From an uncultured Gemmataceae bacterium (GTDB lineage Bacteria > Planctomycetota > Planctomycetia > Gemmatales > Gemmataceae): 64,000 nucleotides of DNA. Shown here in pieces: positions 20,505-30,961 of the stretch (positions are counted from its first letter, which is position 1; each line of letters begins with the position of its first letter). Made by a program: the position numbers and the translations under genes. The notes under the pieces are model-generated. The model was not told the origin of the DNA and searched no databases. It saw nothing but the letters and a program-made list of their open reading frames with translations. The DNA lies in assembly GCA_963750165.1 (NCBI GenBank), contig CAVVPN010000004.1, positions 768,001 through 832,000 on the forward strand, read 5' to 3'.

Positions 20505-22059
20505 TCAATCGCCCAGCGCTTTCAGGGCCGTGCGGATGGCGTCGTCGTTGCTGTGGCGGATCATCAGGGTGAGCAGCAGGGCGCGGGCGTCGTTGCTGGC
20601 GCCGGTCAGCCCCAGATAGACGGCCTGGTTGAGTTGCCAGTCGTGCTGACGGCCGGCGTCCTGACCCACCAGCGGTTCGGCCCGCGCCAGCAACGCCCGG
20701 GCCTCCTTCAGCGTCGCGGCGTCCGCGGCGCGGCGCAGCAGCAGCGCCGCCACCGCGACCAGCGCCGCGAAGTCGTCGCCGTCCCGCTTCAGGGCCAGTC
20801 GGTATTGCTCCTCGGCGCGGGCGTCGTCCTTCAGGCAAGCGTAGGCGCCGCCCAGCGCCAGCCCGCGCGCACGCAGTCGTGCCGCCGCACCCACTCCTGG
20901 CCGATCGCCAGGTATTCCGCTTTCTGGTCCTTCAAACTGTACGCCCCCATGAGCAGTTCCCAGGCGTCCTCCAGCGCCGTCTCCTGTTCAAGGACTTCGC
21001 GCAGCGTGGTCACCGCGCCGTCCGTGTCGCCGTCCATGAGCCGGAGCCAGCCCAGCACCAGTTTGCTGCCCACGGCCACCGCCCGATCCACACTGGCGCT
21101 GAGCCGGCGCAACTCCCGCTGGATCTCGTCCAGGCGCTGCCGGCCCTGCGCCGCGATGCCCTGGCTCAACGAGGACGCCTCCTTGCGGAACGCCTGCCGG
21201 TTCCAGATCACGTTCGCCTGTAATTCGGTCTGTGCCAGGAAGCCCCAGGCCAGGTAGTCGTCCGGGCGCACCGCGCCAGCTGGTGGATGTCCGCCCGCGC
21301 CTCCGGCACATACATCGCCAGCACCGGGTTTTGCCCGACCGCGTCCACCGGCCGCCCCAGCGCCGCCGTCAGCGCCACCTGCAGAAATGACCGCTCGACG
21401 CGGTGATCGAAGCGCGCCCGATACGCCTCCGGCTCGCGGGGGGCCAGCGCCACGACGCGGTCCAGACACGCGGCCGCCTCGCGGAGCAGCGGTTCGGCCT
21501 TCACCGCCGAGTCGGGGCCGTTCAACGCGCCCCGTCCGTCCTTCTTGTAGATCAGCCGCGACGCCTTCCCGTTCAGGAACCGGCCCAGGGCCGCCCAGTT
21601 TTCCCAGCCGTCCGCGTCCAGCGTCACGGCCTGCCGCAGCAGTGTCTCGGCCTCGTCGAACCGCTTCAGGCCCCAGACGGCATCGCCGAGCTGCCGCACG
21701 AGCCGGGCCTGCTTCGGCTCCCGCTCCATTTGTCGGCGCAGCACCGTCTCCGCACGGGTGTAATGGCGCTGGACCTCGTCGGTTCGATCCGCACTGCTGC
21801 ACAGGTCGGCCAGGCGCAGCAGGACCTCGACGTCGTCCGGGGCGTCGGCGAGGCGTTTCTGCTGGGCGGCGATGTCGGCATCCAGGTCGATCCGGGTGCC
21901 CACGAGGTAAAACCGCCCGTACTTGAAGCCCACCCCCAGCTTGCATTGTTGCGACGGCAGTCGCGCCGCCCCGCGGAGCTTCTCCTTGTCGGCGGCCTGC
22001 GCCGCACCCGCCCCGGTCAACAGCAACAACGTCGCGCACAGCAGCCACCGCGCCGGCAT
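20505..22059 (-). CDS. Exported TPR-repeat protein, paralog 2 (frameshifts at about 21270 and 20865)
   Basis: Three ORF pieces are colinear with paralog 1 (MPARW, PDDYL, LNQAVYLGLTG...NDDAIR.AL.ALGD). Confidence 0.75.
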
Positions 22060-22223
22060 GAGCGAATCCTCCCTCGGCGTCGCGATCCGCTCCGTCGGCC
22101 CGGACGGCAGCCGCCGCGACGGGCGGACCTCATACCAAATTGGTCCGGCGGCGAAAGACCAACCGCGCCCGCTACTGCGGCCGCGGCTGTTGTTGTAAAA
22201 TAACCCCGAAACCAGGAGAAGCC

Positions 22224-22577
22224 ATGAGCCCCTTGTTGTTCGTCCTGTTCTACGTCCTCGGCGTCGGCATCCTCGTCGTGAGCATGCAACTGACCAGCAG
22301 CGCCATGGGCGGCGTCGAGTTCGGCGCCCTGCACACCGTCATCCTGAAGTCCCTGGTCCTGCTCATCGGCGTCGATTTGCTCAGCCTGCTCGGCACCGTC
22401 GGCCTGTTCCTGTCCATCCCCGTCTGGTGGCTGGGGCTGATGTTCCTTTTTCGCATCGACTTCTGGGAGTGCCGCACCCTCGTCGTCATCAACTGGATCC
22501 TCAACCTCGTCCTGTATCTGCTCATCGTCGGCATCCCTCTTACTTACAACGAGCCCATGCAGGGATTCTCGAAATGA
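22224..22577 (+). CDS. Small multi-TM membrane protein
   Basis: AGGAG SD; hydrophobic; ATGA overlap with glcD. Confidence 0.8.
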   Translation: MSPLLFVLFYVLGVGILVVSMQLTSSAMGGVEFGALHTVILKSLVLLIGVDLLSLLGTVGLFLSIPVWWLGLMFLFRIDFWECRTLVVINWILNLVLYLLIVGIPLTYNEPMQGFSK

Positions 22578-24010
22578 CCGCCACCGCGACCGTCAGTTTC
22601 CTCGACCGCCTGCGAGCCATCGTCGGCCCCGGCGGCCTGCTCAGCGCCGCCAGCGACCTGCTCGTCTACGAGTGCGACGGCTACACCATTGAGAAGAACC
22701 GCCCCGATGTGGTCGTCTTCCCCACCAGCACCGAGCAAATCGTGCAGGTCGTCAAGCTGTGCAACGAGCAACAGGTGCCGTTCCTGCCGCGCGGCGCCGG
22801 CACCAGCCTCGCCGGCGGCTGCCTGCCGGTCGGTGGCGGCGTCATGATCGCCCTGACGCGCATGAAGCGCATCCTGGAAGTCAACGTCCGTGACCGCTAC
22901 GCCGTGGTCGAGCCGGGCGTCGTCAACCTGTGGCTGACCAACCATCTGAAGCCGCTTGGCTACCACTTCGCGCCGGACCCGTCGAGCCAGGGCGCCTGCA
23001 CCATCGGCGGCAACGTCGCCACCAACTCCGGCGGCCCACACACGCTCAAGTATGGCGTCACGGTCAACCACGTCCTCGGCCTGGAATTCGTGCTGCCGGA
23101 CGGCCGTGTCGTGCAGACCGGCGGCCCCGTCGAGGACACGCCGGGCTACGACCTCACCGGCGTCATCGTCGGCTCGGAGGGCACCTTCGGCATCGCCAGC
23201 AAGGTGTGGGTGCGCATCACCCGCAACCCCGAGGCGTACCGCACGCTCCTCGGCGTGTTTGAAACCATTGATGACGCCACCAACACCATCAGCGACATCA
23301 TCGGCGCCGGCATCGTGCCCGCGGCGCTGGAGATGCTCGACCAGCTGATTTTGCAGGCGGTCGAGCAGGCGTTCCACTTCGGCTTCCCGCTGGACGCCGG
23401 GGCGGTGCTCATCATGGAGGTCGATGGCCTCGACGCCGGCCTCGACGCGGACGCCGAGCAAATCATCACCATTGCCGAGCAGAACGGCGCCCGCGCGGTC
23501 CGCCGTGCTGACACGGACGCGGAACGGTTGCTATTGTGGAAGAGCCGCAAGCAGGCGTTCGGGGCCATCGGCCGGCTGTCGCCGAGCTACTGCACGCAGG
23601 ACGGCGTGGTGCCGCGCACGAAGTTGCCGCACATTTTGCGGGTGATCCAGCGCATCGGCGATAAATACAATTTGCGCATCGCCAATGTGTTTCACGCCGG
23701 CGACGGCAACATCCATCCGATCCTGCTGTTCGACGAGCGCGACGCGGATCAGGTGCGGCGCGTGCTGGCGGCGAGTCACGAGATCCTGGAGGAGTGCGTC
23801 AACGTCGGCGGCAGCGTGACGGGCGAGCACGGCATCGGCGTGGAGAAGATCGACTTCATGCCGCGGCTGTTCACGCCGGAAGACCTGGCGATGATGCTGC
23901 GGCTGCGGCAGGCGTTCAACCCGCAGAACCGCTGCAGTCCACACAAGCTGTTCCCGACGGCGGGGGCGTGCATCGAACAGAGCAAGGTGGGCCGCCGGGC
24001 CGCGCTGTGA
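22574..24010 (+). CDS. glcD: Glycolate oxidase FAD-linked subunit
   Basis: PRGAGTSLAGG, APDPSS..ACTIGGN, FHAGDGNIHP and GEHGIG motifs. Confidence 0.93.
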   Translation: MTATATVSFLDRLRAIVGPGGLLSAASDLLVYECDGYTIEKNRPDVVVFPTSTEQIVQVVKLCNEQQVPFLPRGAGTSLAGGCLPVGGGVMIALTRMKRILEVNVRDRYAVVEPGVVNLWLTNHLKPLGYHFAPDPSSQGACTIGGNVATNSGGPHTLKYGVTVNHVLGLEFVLPDGRVVQTGGPVEDTPGYDLTGVIVGSEGTFGIASKVWVRITRNPEAYRTLLGVFETIDDATNTISDIIGAGIVPAALEMLDQLILQAVEQAFHFGFPLDAGAVLIMEVDGLDAGLDADAEQIITIAEQNGARAVRRADTDAERLLLWKSRKQAFGAIGRLSPSYCTQDGVVPRTKLPHILRVIQRIGDKYNLRIANVFHAGDGNIHPILLFDERDADQVRRVLAASHEILEECVNVGGSVTGEHGIGVEKIDFMPRLFTPEDLAMMLRLRQAFNPQNRCSPHKLFPTAGACIEQSKVGRRAAL

Positions 24011-24012
24011 GC

Positions 24013-24073
24013 GTGGGGCAGACATTCCTGTCTGCCGACCTTCAAGAATGGCAGATAGGAATGTCTGCCCCAC
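24013..24073. repeat. REPIN (GTGGGGCAGAC family)
   Basis: Copy of 4773-4830. Confidence 0.85.
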
Positions 24074-24093
24074 GAAAATTCGGAGAATACGTC

Positions 24094-24567
24094 ATGGTGT
24101 TCCTGGCTGGATTCGTGCTGGCCTTCGCCGGGTTCGCGCTGCTGGTGCTCGGTCGGGCGCAGTTGCCCGGCGGCCGCGTGGTCACGGCGCTGCGCGGACG
24201 ACTGGCGGGGCTGGTGTTTTTGCTGTACCTGCCGCTGGTGATCGCGCTGCGGCCGCTGCTGGACCATCTGGAGTGGCGGGCCACGGTGGAGCAATACTTG
24301 ACGGCCATTGACTGGTCGTTGTTCGGGCTGATGCTGGTCGGCGGCGGCTGGATTCTGCTGCGCAGCGCGCGACCGGTGAAGCGCGACGTGCGCAAACCGC
24401 GGCTGCTCAATCAGCCCGAGGCCGCGCACCTGTTCTCCGCGGGGCTCAGCAACCCCTTCCCCGAGGCGGAGCCGGAGCCGCCGCCGGATACCACGCCGGT
24501 GCCGCGGCCGGCCAAGGGCAAGCGGCCCACGCCGCGGCCGCAGAAGAACCCGTTTGATTTTTCGTGA
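24094..24567 (+). CDS. Hypothetical membrane protein with Pro-rich tail ending NPFDFS
   Basis: GGAG SD; three TM segments. Confidence 0.7.
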   Translation: MVFLAGFVLAFAGFALLVLGRAQLPGGRVVTALRGRLAGLVFLLYLPLVIALRPLLDHLEWRATVEQYLTAIDWSLFGLMLVGGGWILLRSARPVKRDVRKPRLLNQPEAAHLFSAGLSNPFPEAEPEPPPDTTPVPRPAKGKRPTPRPQKNPFDFS

Positions 24568-24606
24568 CGTGCTGCCGGCATTGGTGTTCGCCGCGCCGTT
24601 CTTAGA

Positions 24607-25899
24607 ATGACGCCTACGGCCCGCACCGCCAGTGCTTGTCCCGATAGGCCACCCGTGACGCACGACGTTTGTTCGATCGACGACCTTGGCCCGCTGCCCG
24701 TGACCCGGCCCACCTCGGTCGCGGAACTGGGCGAGATCGTCCGCCGCGCCGCCGCCGACGGTCAGGCCCTTTACCCGCTCGGCGGCCGCACTTCCCTCGA
24801 CTACGGTTTGCCCCCCACCCGCCCCGGCCTCGGCGTCGATCTGCGCGGCCTGAACCGCGTCATCGACTACCCGGCGCGCGACATGACCGTCACCGTCCAG
24901 GCCGGCGTCACCGTCGCGGAGTTGCGACGGCTTCTGGCGGCGGAAGAGCAGCGCCTGCCCATCGACGCACCGCACGCGGAGACGGCGACGCTCGGCGGCC
25001 TGCTCGCCACCAACCACAGCGGCCCGCGCCGCTACGGCTGGGGCACCCTGCGCGACTACGTCATCGGCAGCAGCGTCGTCAACGACCGCGGCGAAGAAAC
25101 CCGGGCCGGCGGCCGCGTCGTCAAGAACGTCGCCGGCTACGACCTGCCCAAGCTGCACATCGGCGCCCTGGGCACGCTCGGCGTCATCACGCAGGTGACG
25201 CTCAAGCTGCGGCCGCTGCCGGAGGAGCAGGCCCTGCTCGTGCTGTGCTGCGGCGGCGACCGGCTGGAAGCGACGCTGGAAACGCTGCACCGTTCGCGGA
25301 CACGGCCGGTCTGCCTTGAAGTGTTCAACGCCGCCGCCCTACCATACACGGACCTGCGCCTGTCGGCCGAGCCCGGCACGTGGGCCGTCGTGGCCGGCTA
25401 CGAGGACAACCTGGATTCCCTCAACTGGCAGGTGCCGCAACTGGTGCGCGAGTTGCGGGCGGCGCTACCGGTCATGGGCCGGATCGGCGCGCTGGCGGCG
25501 CCGTGGTGGCAAGGACTGGCCGAGTTCGCGGCCTGGCCCGGAGCGGCGCTGACCTTCCAGGCGGCACTGCGGCCTTCGGGGCTGGCGGCCTTTTGCCTGG
25601 AACTGGCCGGACTGCCGCAGGGGCTGCTGTTGCAGGCACACGCGGGCAACGGCGTCGTCGTCGGCCATGTGCCGTCGGGAGTGCCGCAGAGCGAAGCCGA
25701 GGGGTGTGTGCGACAGGCGCGGCAGCTGGCGGCGCGGGCGCAGGGTCATGTGGTGGTGCAGCGCTGTCCCGCGGCGTGGAAGAAAACGCTGTCCGTCTGG
25801 GGGCCGGCGCCGGAGAGTGCCTGGCTCATGCGTGCCGTCAAGGAACAGTTCGACCCGCAGCGGCTGTTCAACCCCGGCCGCTTCGTGGATGGCATTTGA
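24607..25899 (+). CDS. glcE: Glycolate oxidase FAD-binding subunit (start may be GTG at 24655)
   Basis: GGRVVKNVAGYDL, GALGTLGVI and FDP..LFNPGR motifs. Confidence 0.9.
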   Translation: MTPTARTASACPDRPPVTHDVCSIDDLGPLPVTRPTSVAELGEIVRRAAADGQALYPLGGRTSLDYGLPPTRPGLGVDLRGLNRVIDYPARDMTVTVQAGVTVAELRRLLAAEEQRLPIDAPHAETATLGGLLATNHSGPRRYGWGTLRDYVIGSSVVNDRGEETRAGGRVVKNVAGYDLPKLHIGALGTLGVITQVTLKLRPLPEEQALLVLCCGGDRLEATLETLHRSRTRPVCLEVFNAAALPYTDLRLSAEPGTWAVVAGYEDNLDSLNWQVPQLVRELRAALPVMGRIGALAAPWWQGLAEFAAWPGAALTFQAALRPSGLAAFCLELAGLPQGLLLQAHAGNGVVVGHVPSGVPQSEAEGCVRQARQLAARAQGHVVVQRCPAAWKKTLSVWGPAPESAWLMRAVKEQFDPQRLFNPGRFVDGI

Positions 25900-25921
25900 G
25901 ACAGAGAAAGGCTCTTTTTCC

Positions 25922-27276
25922 ATGACCGCTCCCGCCGACGCCGCCCGCACGCCACTGCCGCTGACCGCCGCGCCGGCGCTCAAGGCCGACATCGACTACG
26001 AACTGTTCCTGGACTGCGTTCACTGCGGCCTGTGTACGTCCGCGTGCCCGACCTACGTGGAGCTGGGCGACGAGAACGACAGCCCGCGCGGCCGCATTTA
26101 CCTGATGCGCGCCGTCACCGACGGCCGCGCCCCGCTCGACGATGCCGTGCGCCGCCACCTCGACCTGTGCCTGGACTGCCGGGCGTGCGAGTCGGCGTGT
26201 CCGTCGGGGGTGCAGTACGGCAAACTGATCGAGCCGTTCCGCCTGCACCTGGAAACGGCGGCACCGCGGCCGGACCAGCTCGGCTTCTTCAAGCGACTGG
26301 CGCTGTACCATCTGACGCCCTACGCCGGACGCATGCGTCTGGCGCTGGCGCCGTGCGCTGGCTGCAATGGCTCGGCATCGACGGCCTGCTGCGCCGCGTC
26401 GGCTTTTACAAGTTGATGCCGCGGTCGCTGCGCCAGCTGCACGACATGCTGCCGTGGCGGCTGCAGCCGGCGCGCGGCCGCTTGCCCGAGGTGCTGCCGG
26501 CGGAGGGCAAGCGGCGCGCGCGCGTGGCCCTGTTCACCGGCTGCGCCGGCGACGCCTTTTTGCCGCAGACCACCGTGGCGACCGCCCGCGTGCTGCAGCG
26601 CAACGGCTGCGAGGTGTGGGTGCCGCGGCAGCAGGTTTGCTGCGGAGCGCTGCACTACCATGCCGCGCGCGCGGAGCCGGCCCAACAATTCGCGACGACC
26701 AACTGCGACGTGTTCGGCCCGGCGCTGTCGGGGCAGCTGGAACAGGTGGACGCGATCATCACGAACGCCGCCGGCTGCGGGGCGATGCTCAAGGATTACG
26801 GCCATCTGCTGCACGACGGCGCGGCGGCAGCGGTGGCGGGCGCGTTCGCGAAGAAGGTGCGCGACATCAGTGAGTTCCTGATGGAACTCGGCCCCGTGCC
26901 GCCGGAGCATCCATTGAAGCTGAAGGCGACCTATCACGACGCCTGTCATTTGTGCCACGGCCAGCAGATCCGCAAGCAGCCGCGGCAACTGCTGGAGATG
27001 ATCCCGGGATTGGAACTGGTGCCGCTGGCGGAGTCGGAAATCTGCTGCGGCGCCGCGGGCAGCTACAACCTGACGCAGCCGGAGATGGCCGAGCGGCTGG
27101 GGCGGCGCAAGGCGAAGCACATTCTCGACACCGGGGCGGCGGCGGTCTTCAGCGGCAACGTCGGCTGTCTGCTGCAACTGGGGCGGTATCTGCGCGAGCA
27201 GCGGCCGGATTTGTGGATCGCGCACCCGATTGATGCGCTGTGGGCGAGCTATAGCGGGACGAAGCCGGGGAGGTGA
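25922..27276 (+). CDS. glcF: Glycolate oxidase Fe-S subunit (frameshift at about 26353)
   Basis: CVHCGLC..CP, CLDCRAC..CP, CCG domains and YHDACHL. Confidence 0.9.
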
Positions 27277-27600
27277 CAGCGCTCACATCTAATGTCGGGT
27301 CAAGGGAGTTGTTCAATGGTAACCGTTCACGGGTCGATGGAAAAATGCACAGTAAATGACGACCGGGGCCGCGATGCGCGGGAGAGCGAGTGCTCTCGGA
27401 TCACTCGGTCGATGTGTCCGAAGCAGATTGGAGGAAGTGCGCTCCGTGCTGAGGTGGGGCGGACCGGAGCGCGCAATCGCACTGCGGAAACTGAAGCGGG
27501 AAGAGACGGATGCGGGCTCGGCTCGGTGTTACGTGGTTCAAATCCCCTCGTTACTTTACCGCACCCGATGGGGTTCGAGTCCGCCTCGGGGAGATTCTGG

Positions 27601-27770
27601 ACACAACTCGATCCAATTTTTTCCGAAATTGTTGCCGTCCGTAAGTGGCCTGACAGTGGCCGACTTCCACCTGCTTGTGAAGCTCAAGGTGATCAACACC
27701 GAACGGATAAACCAAGCGGTGTTCGCTTTCCGTCGTTACGAGGATGCTTCCCTGCGTCACCCTGGCCGGC
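27601..27770 (+). pseudogene. Fragment resembling the C-terminus of a restriction endonuclease/helicase (Eco57I-methylase-associated type)
   Basis: GLTVADFHLLVKLKVINTERINQAVFAFRRYEDASL matches my recollection of the conserved GLT..DF..L..L.VFN...MN.AV..F.RYEDASL tail; not verified by search. Confidence 0.5.
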
Positions 27771-28042
27771 TGATGGATACCTACATTAGAGGTCACTCCT
27801 CGGAACGGACAAAATTGCACGCAAAGGGTTGGGCTCGCCCGGGCACATCGGCAGGCGGCCTATTGTTCCCCTCCCGGCACAGCGGGCTTCGCTGCGGTCA
27901 TTCCTGGCTGAACGAGGACCAGGGCCGTCACCATGCAGAGTGCGAAGATGGTAAAGACCACCCGGAGGCTCAGCCCCCAATCGGGGAGCGTATCGAGCAG
28001 GAGACCCATGAGCGCTACGCTGCAACCTTCACGCATCCGGCA

Positions 28043-28675
28043 TCAACGTTCTGGCGCCGCATTTCCACGTCGCGACAGGAGCAGCAAGTCAGCCGCTTCC
28101 TCGGCATCCCTGAGAAGCGTCTTGCGCGGCGTGCCAATCTGCGCACGCATCTTAAGGCCACGAGCAAAATCAATGAGCTGGCTTGCGCGGACGGCCACAG
28201 GAAAGTCGGACGGGATTTCTCCAGCGGTGATCCCGTCCCGGAAACGACCTTCCACCAGCGCCACGGCGGCAGCGGCAGCGTTCTGCAGGAATTTCCGGAC
28301 CTCAGCGTCGTCCACAAGCGGCGCGACACACAAGAGAAGACATCCCCGAGCGGAACCTTTCTCGGTCGCAGTTTCGACGACGTGCTTCAGAAAGCGGGCG
28401 AGCGCGTCGCGAAGCGTCTGCGGCGACAGCAGCGCCTTCGCGGCGAGAGCGCCTTTCTTCTCCGCATAATCCTTGAGGACGCGCAAGAATAACGTCCGTT
28501 TGTCGCCGAAGACGGCATACAGGCTCGGCCGTCCCACGCCCATCCCGGCGACGAGATCGTCGATCGTCACTCCGTCGTAACCCTTCGACCAGAATACCTG
28601 GGTCGCCTTTTCCAGCGCCTCCCTCTCGTCGAAGCTGCGCGGCCGTCCACGCGGCTTACCGGCATTTTGAAACAT
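28043..28675 (-). CDS. TetR/AcrR family regulator (ComR/NemR-like)
   Basis: RGRPRSFD, FWSKGY and SLYAVFGDK HTH; GCLL. Confidence 0.92.
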   Translation of the reverse strand: MFQNAGKPRGRPRSFDEREALEKATQVFWSKGYDGVTIDDLVAGMGVGRPSLYAVFGDKRTLFLRVLKDYAEKKGALAAKALLSPQTLRDALARFLKHVVETATEKGSARGCLLLCVAPLVDDAEVRKFLQNAAAAAVALVEGRFRDGITAGEIPSDFPVAVRASQLIDFARGLKMRAQIGTPRKTLLRDAEEAADLLLLSRRGNAAPER

Positions 28676-28732
28676 TTGGTTCAAAACTCCTTGACAAGGC
28701 CCATCGCGCCAATATATAACCGAACAGTTCGA
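28664..28732 (+). promoter_or_regulatory. Sigma70 promoter and TetR operator palindromes for SDR gene 1
   Basis: TTTTGAA-N8-TTCAAAA (28664-28686); TTGACA at 28691; TATATA/TATAAC -10; CGAACAGTTCG. Confidence 0.7.
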
Positions 28733-28807
28733 TTAGCAAGCCGGCCCCGGCCTCGCGGGGCCTCACGACTCGGCCTTCCCCCTGCCCCCTTCACCACGGA
28801 GACACCC

Positions 28808-29767
28808 ATGGAACATTCTATCGCGCTCGTCACCGGCACCACCTCCGGGCTCGGTTATGCGGCAGCCAGCATGCTCGCCATCAAGGGCTACCGCCAGGTC
28901 ATCGTCACCGGCCGCAGCCTGGCCCGGGTTCAAGAAACGGCCGCTCAGCTCGCGGCAGAGACCAAGCCACAGGTTTTCACGCCGCTGGAGCTGGATCTGG
29001 ACACGCCGACCAGCGTCCAGTCCGCCCTCGCCGAGCTGGTCAAGCGAGGTCGGCCGATCGATTTCCTGCTGCTCAATGCAGGGATGGTCGGAGGTAAGAA
29101 GCGCGTGCTCACTGCGGCGGGCGTCGAGGCGGCTCAGGCCCCGCTCATCGGGCATCATCAGCTGACTGTCGGGTTGCTCCGCGCCAACCTGCTGAGCCCC
29201 ACCGCGCGGATTGTTATCGCCGGGGCAGAACCTGCCCGAGGGGACGTGCCCATGTTCAGCTTCACCGACGTGGCGGCCCTCGCAGCCAAATACCACCAGG
29301 GGGACCGAACCGCCGCTGTTGAAGCCCTGCTGCGCAACGGGCCGAACGTGAAGTACAAGCCCAACCGGGCGTATGCCGACGCGAAGCTCATCGTTGCTTG
29401 GTGGGCGGCGGCGCTGGCGCGGCGGCTACCCTCCGGCATGGCCGTGTACGCCGTCTCGCCCGGTAGCGCGCCCGACACCAAGGCGGTGCGAAACCTTGGC
29501 CTGGTCATGAAGTGGCTGATGATTCCACTGGTGAAGCTCATCCCCGGCATGTCCCAGACTCCTGAGACCGCGGCCCGCCGGTACCTCCAGGCCTCGGAGT
29601 TCGGAACCGACGTCTCGGGCCAATTCTTCGCCTCGGCGCCGAAGAAGCTCACAGGCCCAATGGAGGCGATGCGTCACCCGCACTTTCACGATCGCGCCAA
29701 CCAGGAAGCCGCCTGGCAGGCCGTCGTCAAGGTCTCTGGCGTCGATTTCTCTTCCGCAGCAACTTGA
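28808..29767 (+). CDS. Short-chain dehydrogenase/reductase (WWOX/retinol dehydrogenase-like)
   Basis: TGTTSGLG, LNAG and YADAK (YxxxK) motifs. Confidence 0.9.
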   Translation: MEHSIALVTGTTSGLGYAAASMLAIKGYRQVIVTGRSLARVQETAAQLAAETKPQVFTPLELDLDTPTSVQSALAELVKRGRPIDFLLLNAGMVGGKKRVLTAAGVEAAQAPLIGHHQLTVGLLRANLLSPTARIVIAGAEPARGDVPMFSFTDVAALAAKYHQGDRTAAVEALLRNGPNVKYKPNRAYADAKLIVAWWAAALARRLPSGMAVYAVSPGSAPDTKAVRNLGLVMKWLMIPLVKLIPGMSQTPETAARRYLQASEFGTDVSGQFFASAPKKLTGPMEAMRHPHFHDRANQEAAWQAVVKVSGVDFSSAAT

Positions 29768-29821
29768 GAGCGGTGTCCTGAAGGAGCGCCGGTCGCGGCG
29801 AAATGGTCGCGATGACCAGAA

Positions 29822-29890
29822 TCAGCATGCGATTGCGGAGCTACGTGGTCGTCCACGGGGTTCCACGGTATTTTGAAATAAATAGTTCAA
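29822..29890 (-). pseudogene. N-terminal remnant of a second TetR gene
   Basis: Translates LNYLFQNTVEPRGRPRS versus LNQMFQNAGKPRGRPRS in the intact TetR; same position relative to the divergent promoter. Confidence 0.7.
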
Positions 29891-29943
29891 AAATCTATTG
29901 ACCGCAGCCTCTGGCCTGATTATCATACCAACCAGTTCACAAT
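29870..29943 (+). promoter_or_regulatory. Sigma70 promoter and operator for SDR gene 2
   Basis: TTTTGAA-N8-TTCAAAA; TTGACC(29898)-N17-TATCAT(29921). Confidence 0.75.
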
Positions 29944-29979
29944 CAGCAAAGCAACCCTAACCTCGCGAGGAGAATACAC

Positions 29980-30726
29980 ATGGACCGATACCAAGGTAAA
30001 AAGGTGGTGATTATCGGCGGCACGAGCGGCATGGGACTCGCGACGGCGAAGATGCTCCTCGATGGGGGTGCGCGTGTTCTGGTGACGGGTCGCTCGAAGG
30101 CCAGCCTGGATTCGGCCCAGAAAGAGCTTGGAAAGGACGCCATCGTGGTTTCGAGCGACGCGCGTTCGTTGACGGAAATCGACGCCCTCGCCTCTCGGGT
30201 GAAGGCCGAGTTCGACACGTTCGATCTGCTCTTCGTCAACGCCGGGTTCAGCATCCGAGCGCCTCTTGAGAACATGACCGAGGCTGTCTACGACGAGATG
30301 TTCAACTTGAACGCCAAAGGGCCGCTTTTCGCGGTGCAGAAGCTCACGCCGTTAATAAACCGGGGAGGCTCTGTCGTCCTCACGACTTCGATCGCCAACG
30401 TCAAGGGAATGCCCGGCAACGCCGCATACGGAGCCGCCAAGGCTGCGCTGCGATCCTTCGCTCGGACGCTCGCCGCCGAGTTGCTTCCTCGCGAGATTCG
30501 TGTCAACGCGGTGACGCCCGGTCCCATCGACACGCCGATCTTGGACAAGATGTTCCCCGATAAAGACGCGGCCGCCCAGCTTAAGGAAAAGATGACCGCT
30601 CTGACCCCGATGAAGCGCTGGGGGACGGCGGCGGAAGTCGCGAAGGCCGTCCTCTTCCTCGCGTTCGACGCGACCTTCACGACCGGCGCGGAACTTCCGG
30701 TCGATGGGGGGTGGTCGCAACTGTGA
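29980..30726 (+). CDS. Short-chain dehydrogenase/reductase
   Basis: GGTSGMG, VNAG, YGAAK and RVNAVTPGPIDT motifs. Confidence 0.93.
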   Translation: MDRYQGKKVVIIGGTSGMGLATAKMLLDGGARVLVTGRSKASLDSAQKELGKDAIVVSSDARSLTEIDALASRVKAEFDTFDLLFVNAGFSIRAPLENMTEAVYDEMFNLNAKGPLFAVQKLTPLINRGGSVVLTTSIANVKGMPGNAAYGAAKAALRSFARTLAAELLPREIRVNAVTPGPIDTPILDKMFPDKDAAAQLKEKMTALTPMKRWGTAAEVAKAVLFLAFDATFTTGAELPVDGGWSQL

Positions 30727-30808
30727 AGGCAGCGGCGGAGAAACAGCAGATCGAAACCATTCGCGCACGGCTCTCCCCGATTTTCTTACCAAACGGTACG
30801 ATATCGTC

Positions 30809-30856
30809 TTGACATGCGGATTTCAACTGGGTACTATTTGAACCGTTCGGTTCAGA
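30809..30856 (+). promoter_or_regulatory. Sigma70 promoter with operator-like palindrome
   Basis: TTGACA(30809)-N17-TACTAT(30832), immediately followed by TGAACCGTTCGGTTCA. Confidence 0.75.
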
Positions 30857-30961
30857 AATCCCCAAGCAGGGGCTGGCCTTGCTGAAGTGGTAACGGGTTT
30901 TCAGCAGGCAGGCTTGGTTCGCCCATGACTGTTTTTTCATCCCGTTAAGGAGGACCTTTCG

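Noticed and set aside
27530..27592. tRNA T-loop-like motifs GGTTCAAATCC and GGTTCGAGTCC as a possible att site
   Set aside because: The T-stems do not pair fully, and no cloverleaf, CCA end or integrase is visible.
27356..28492. 378-aa ORF as a real gene
   Set aside because: It is a chance join of an R-M-like fragment with the antisense strand of tetR.
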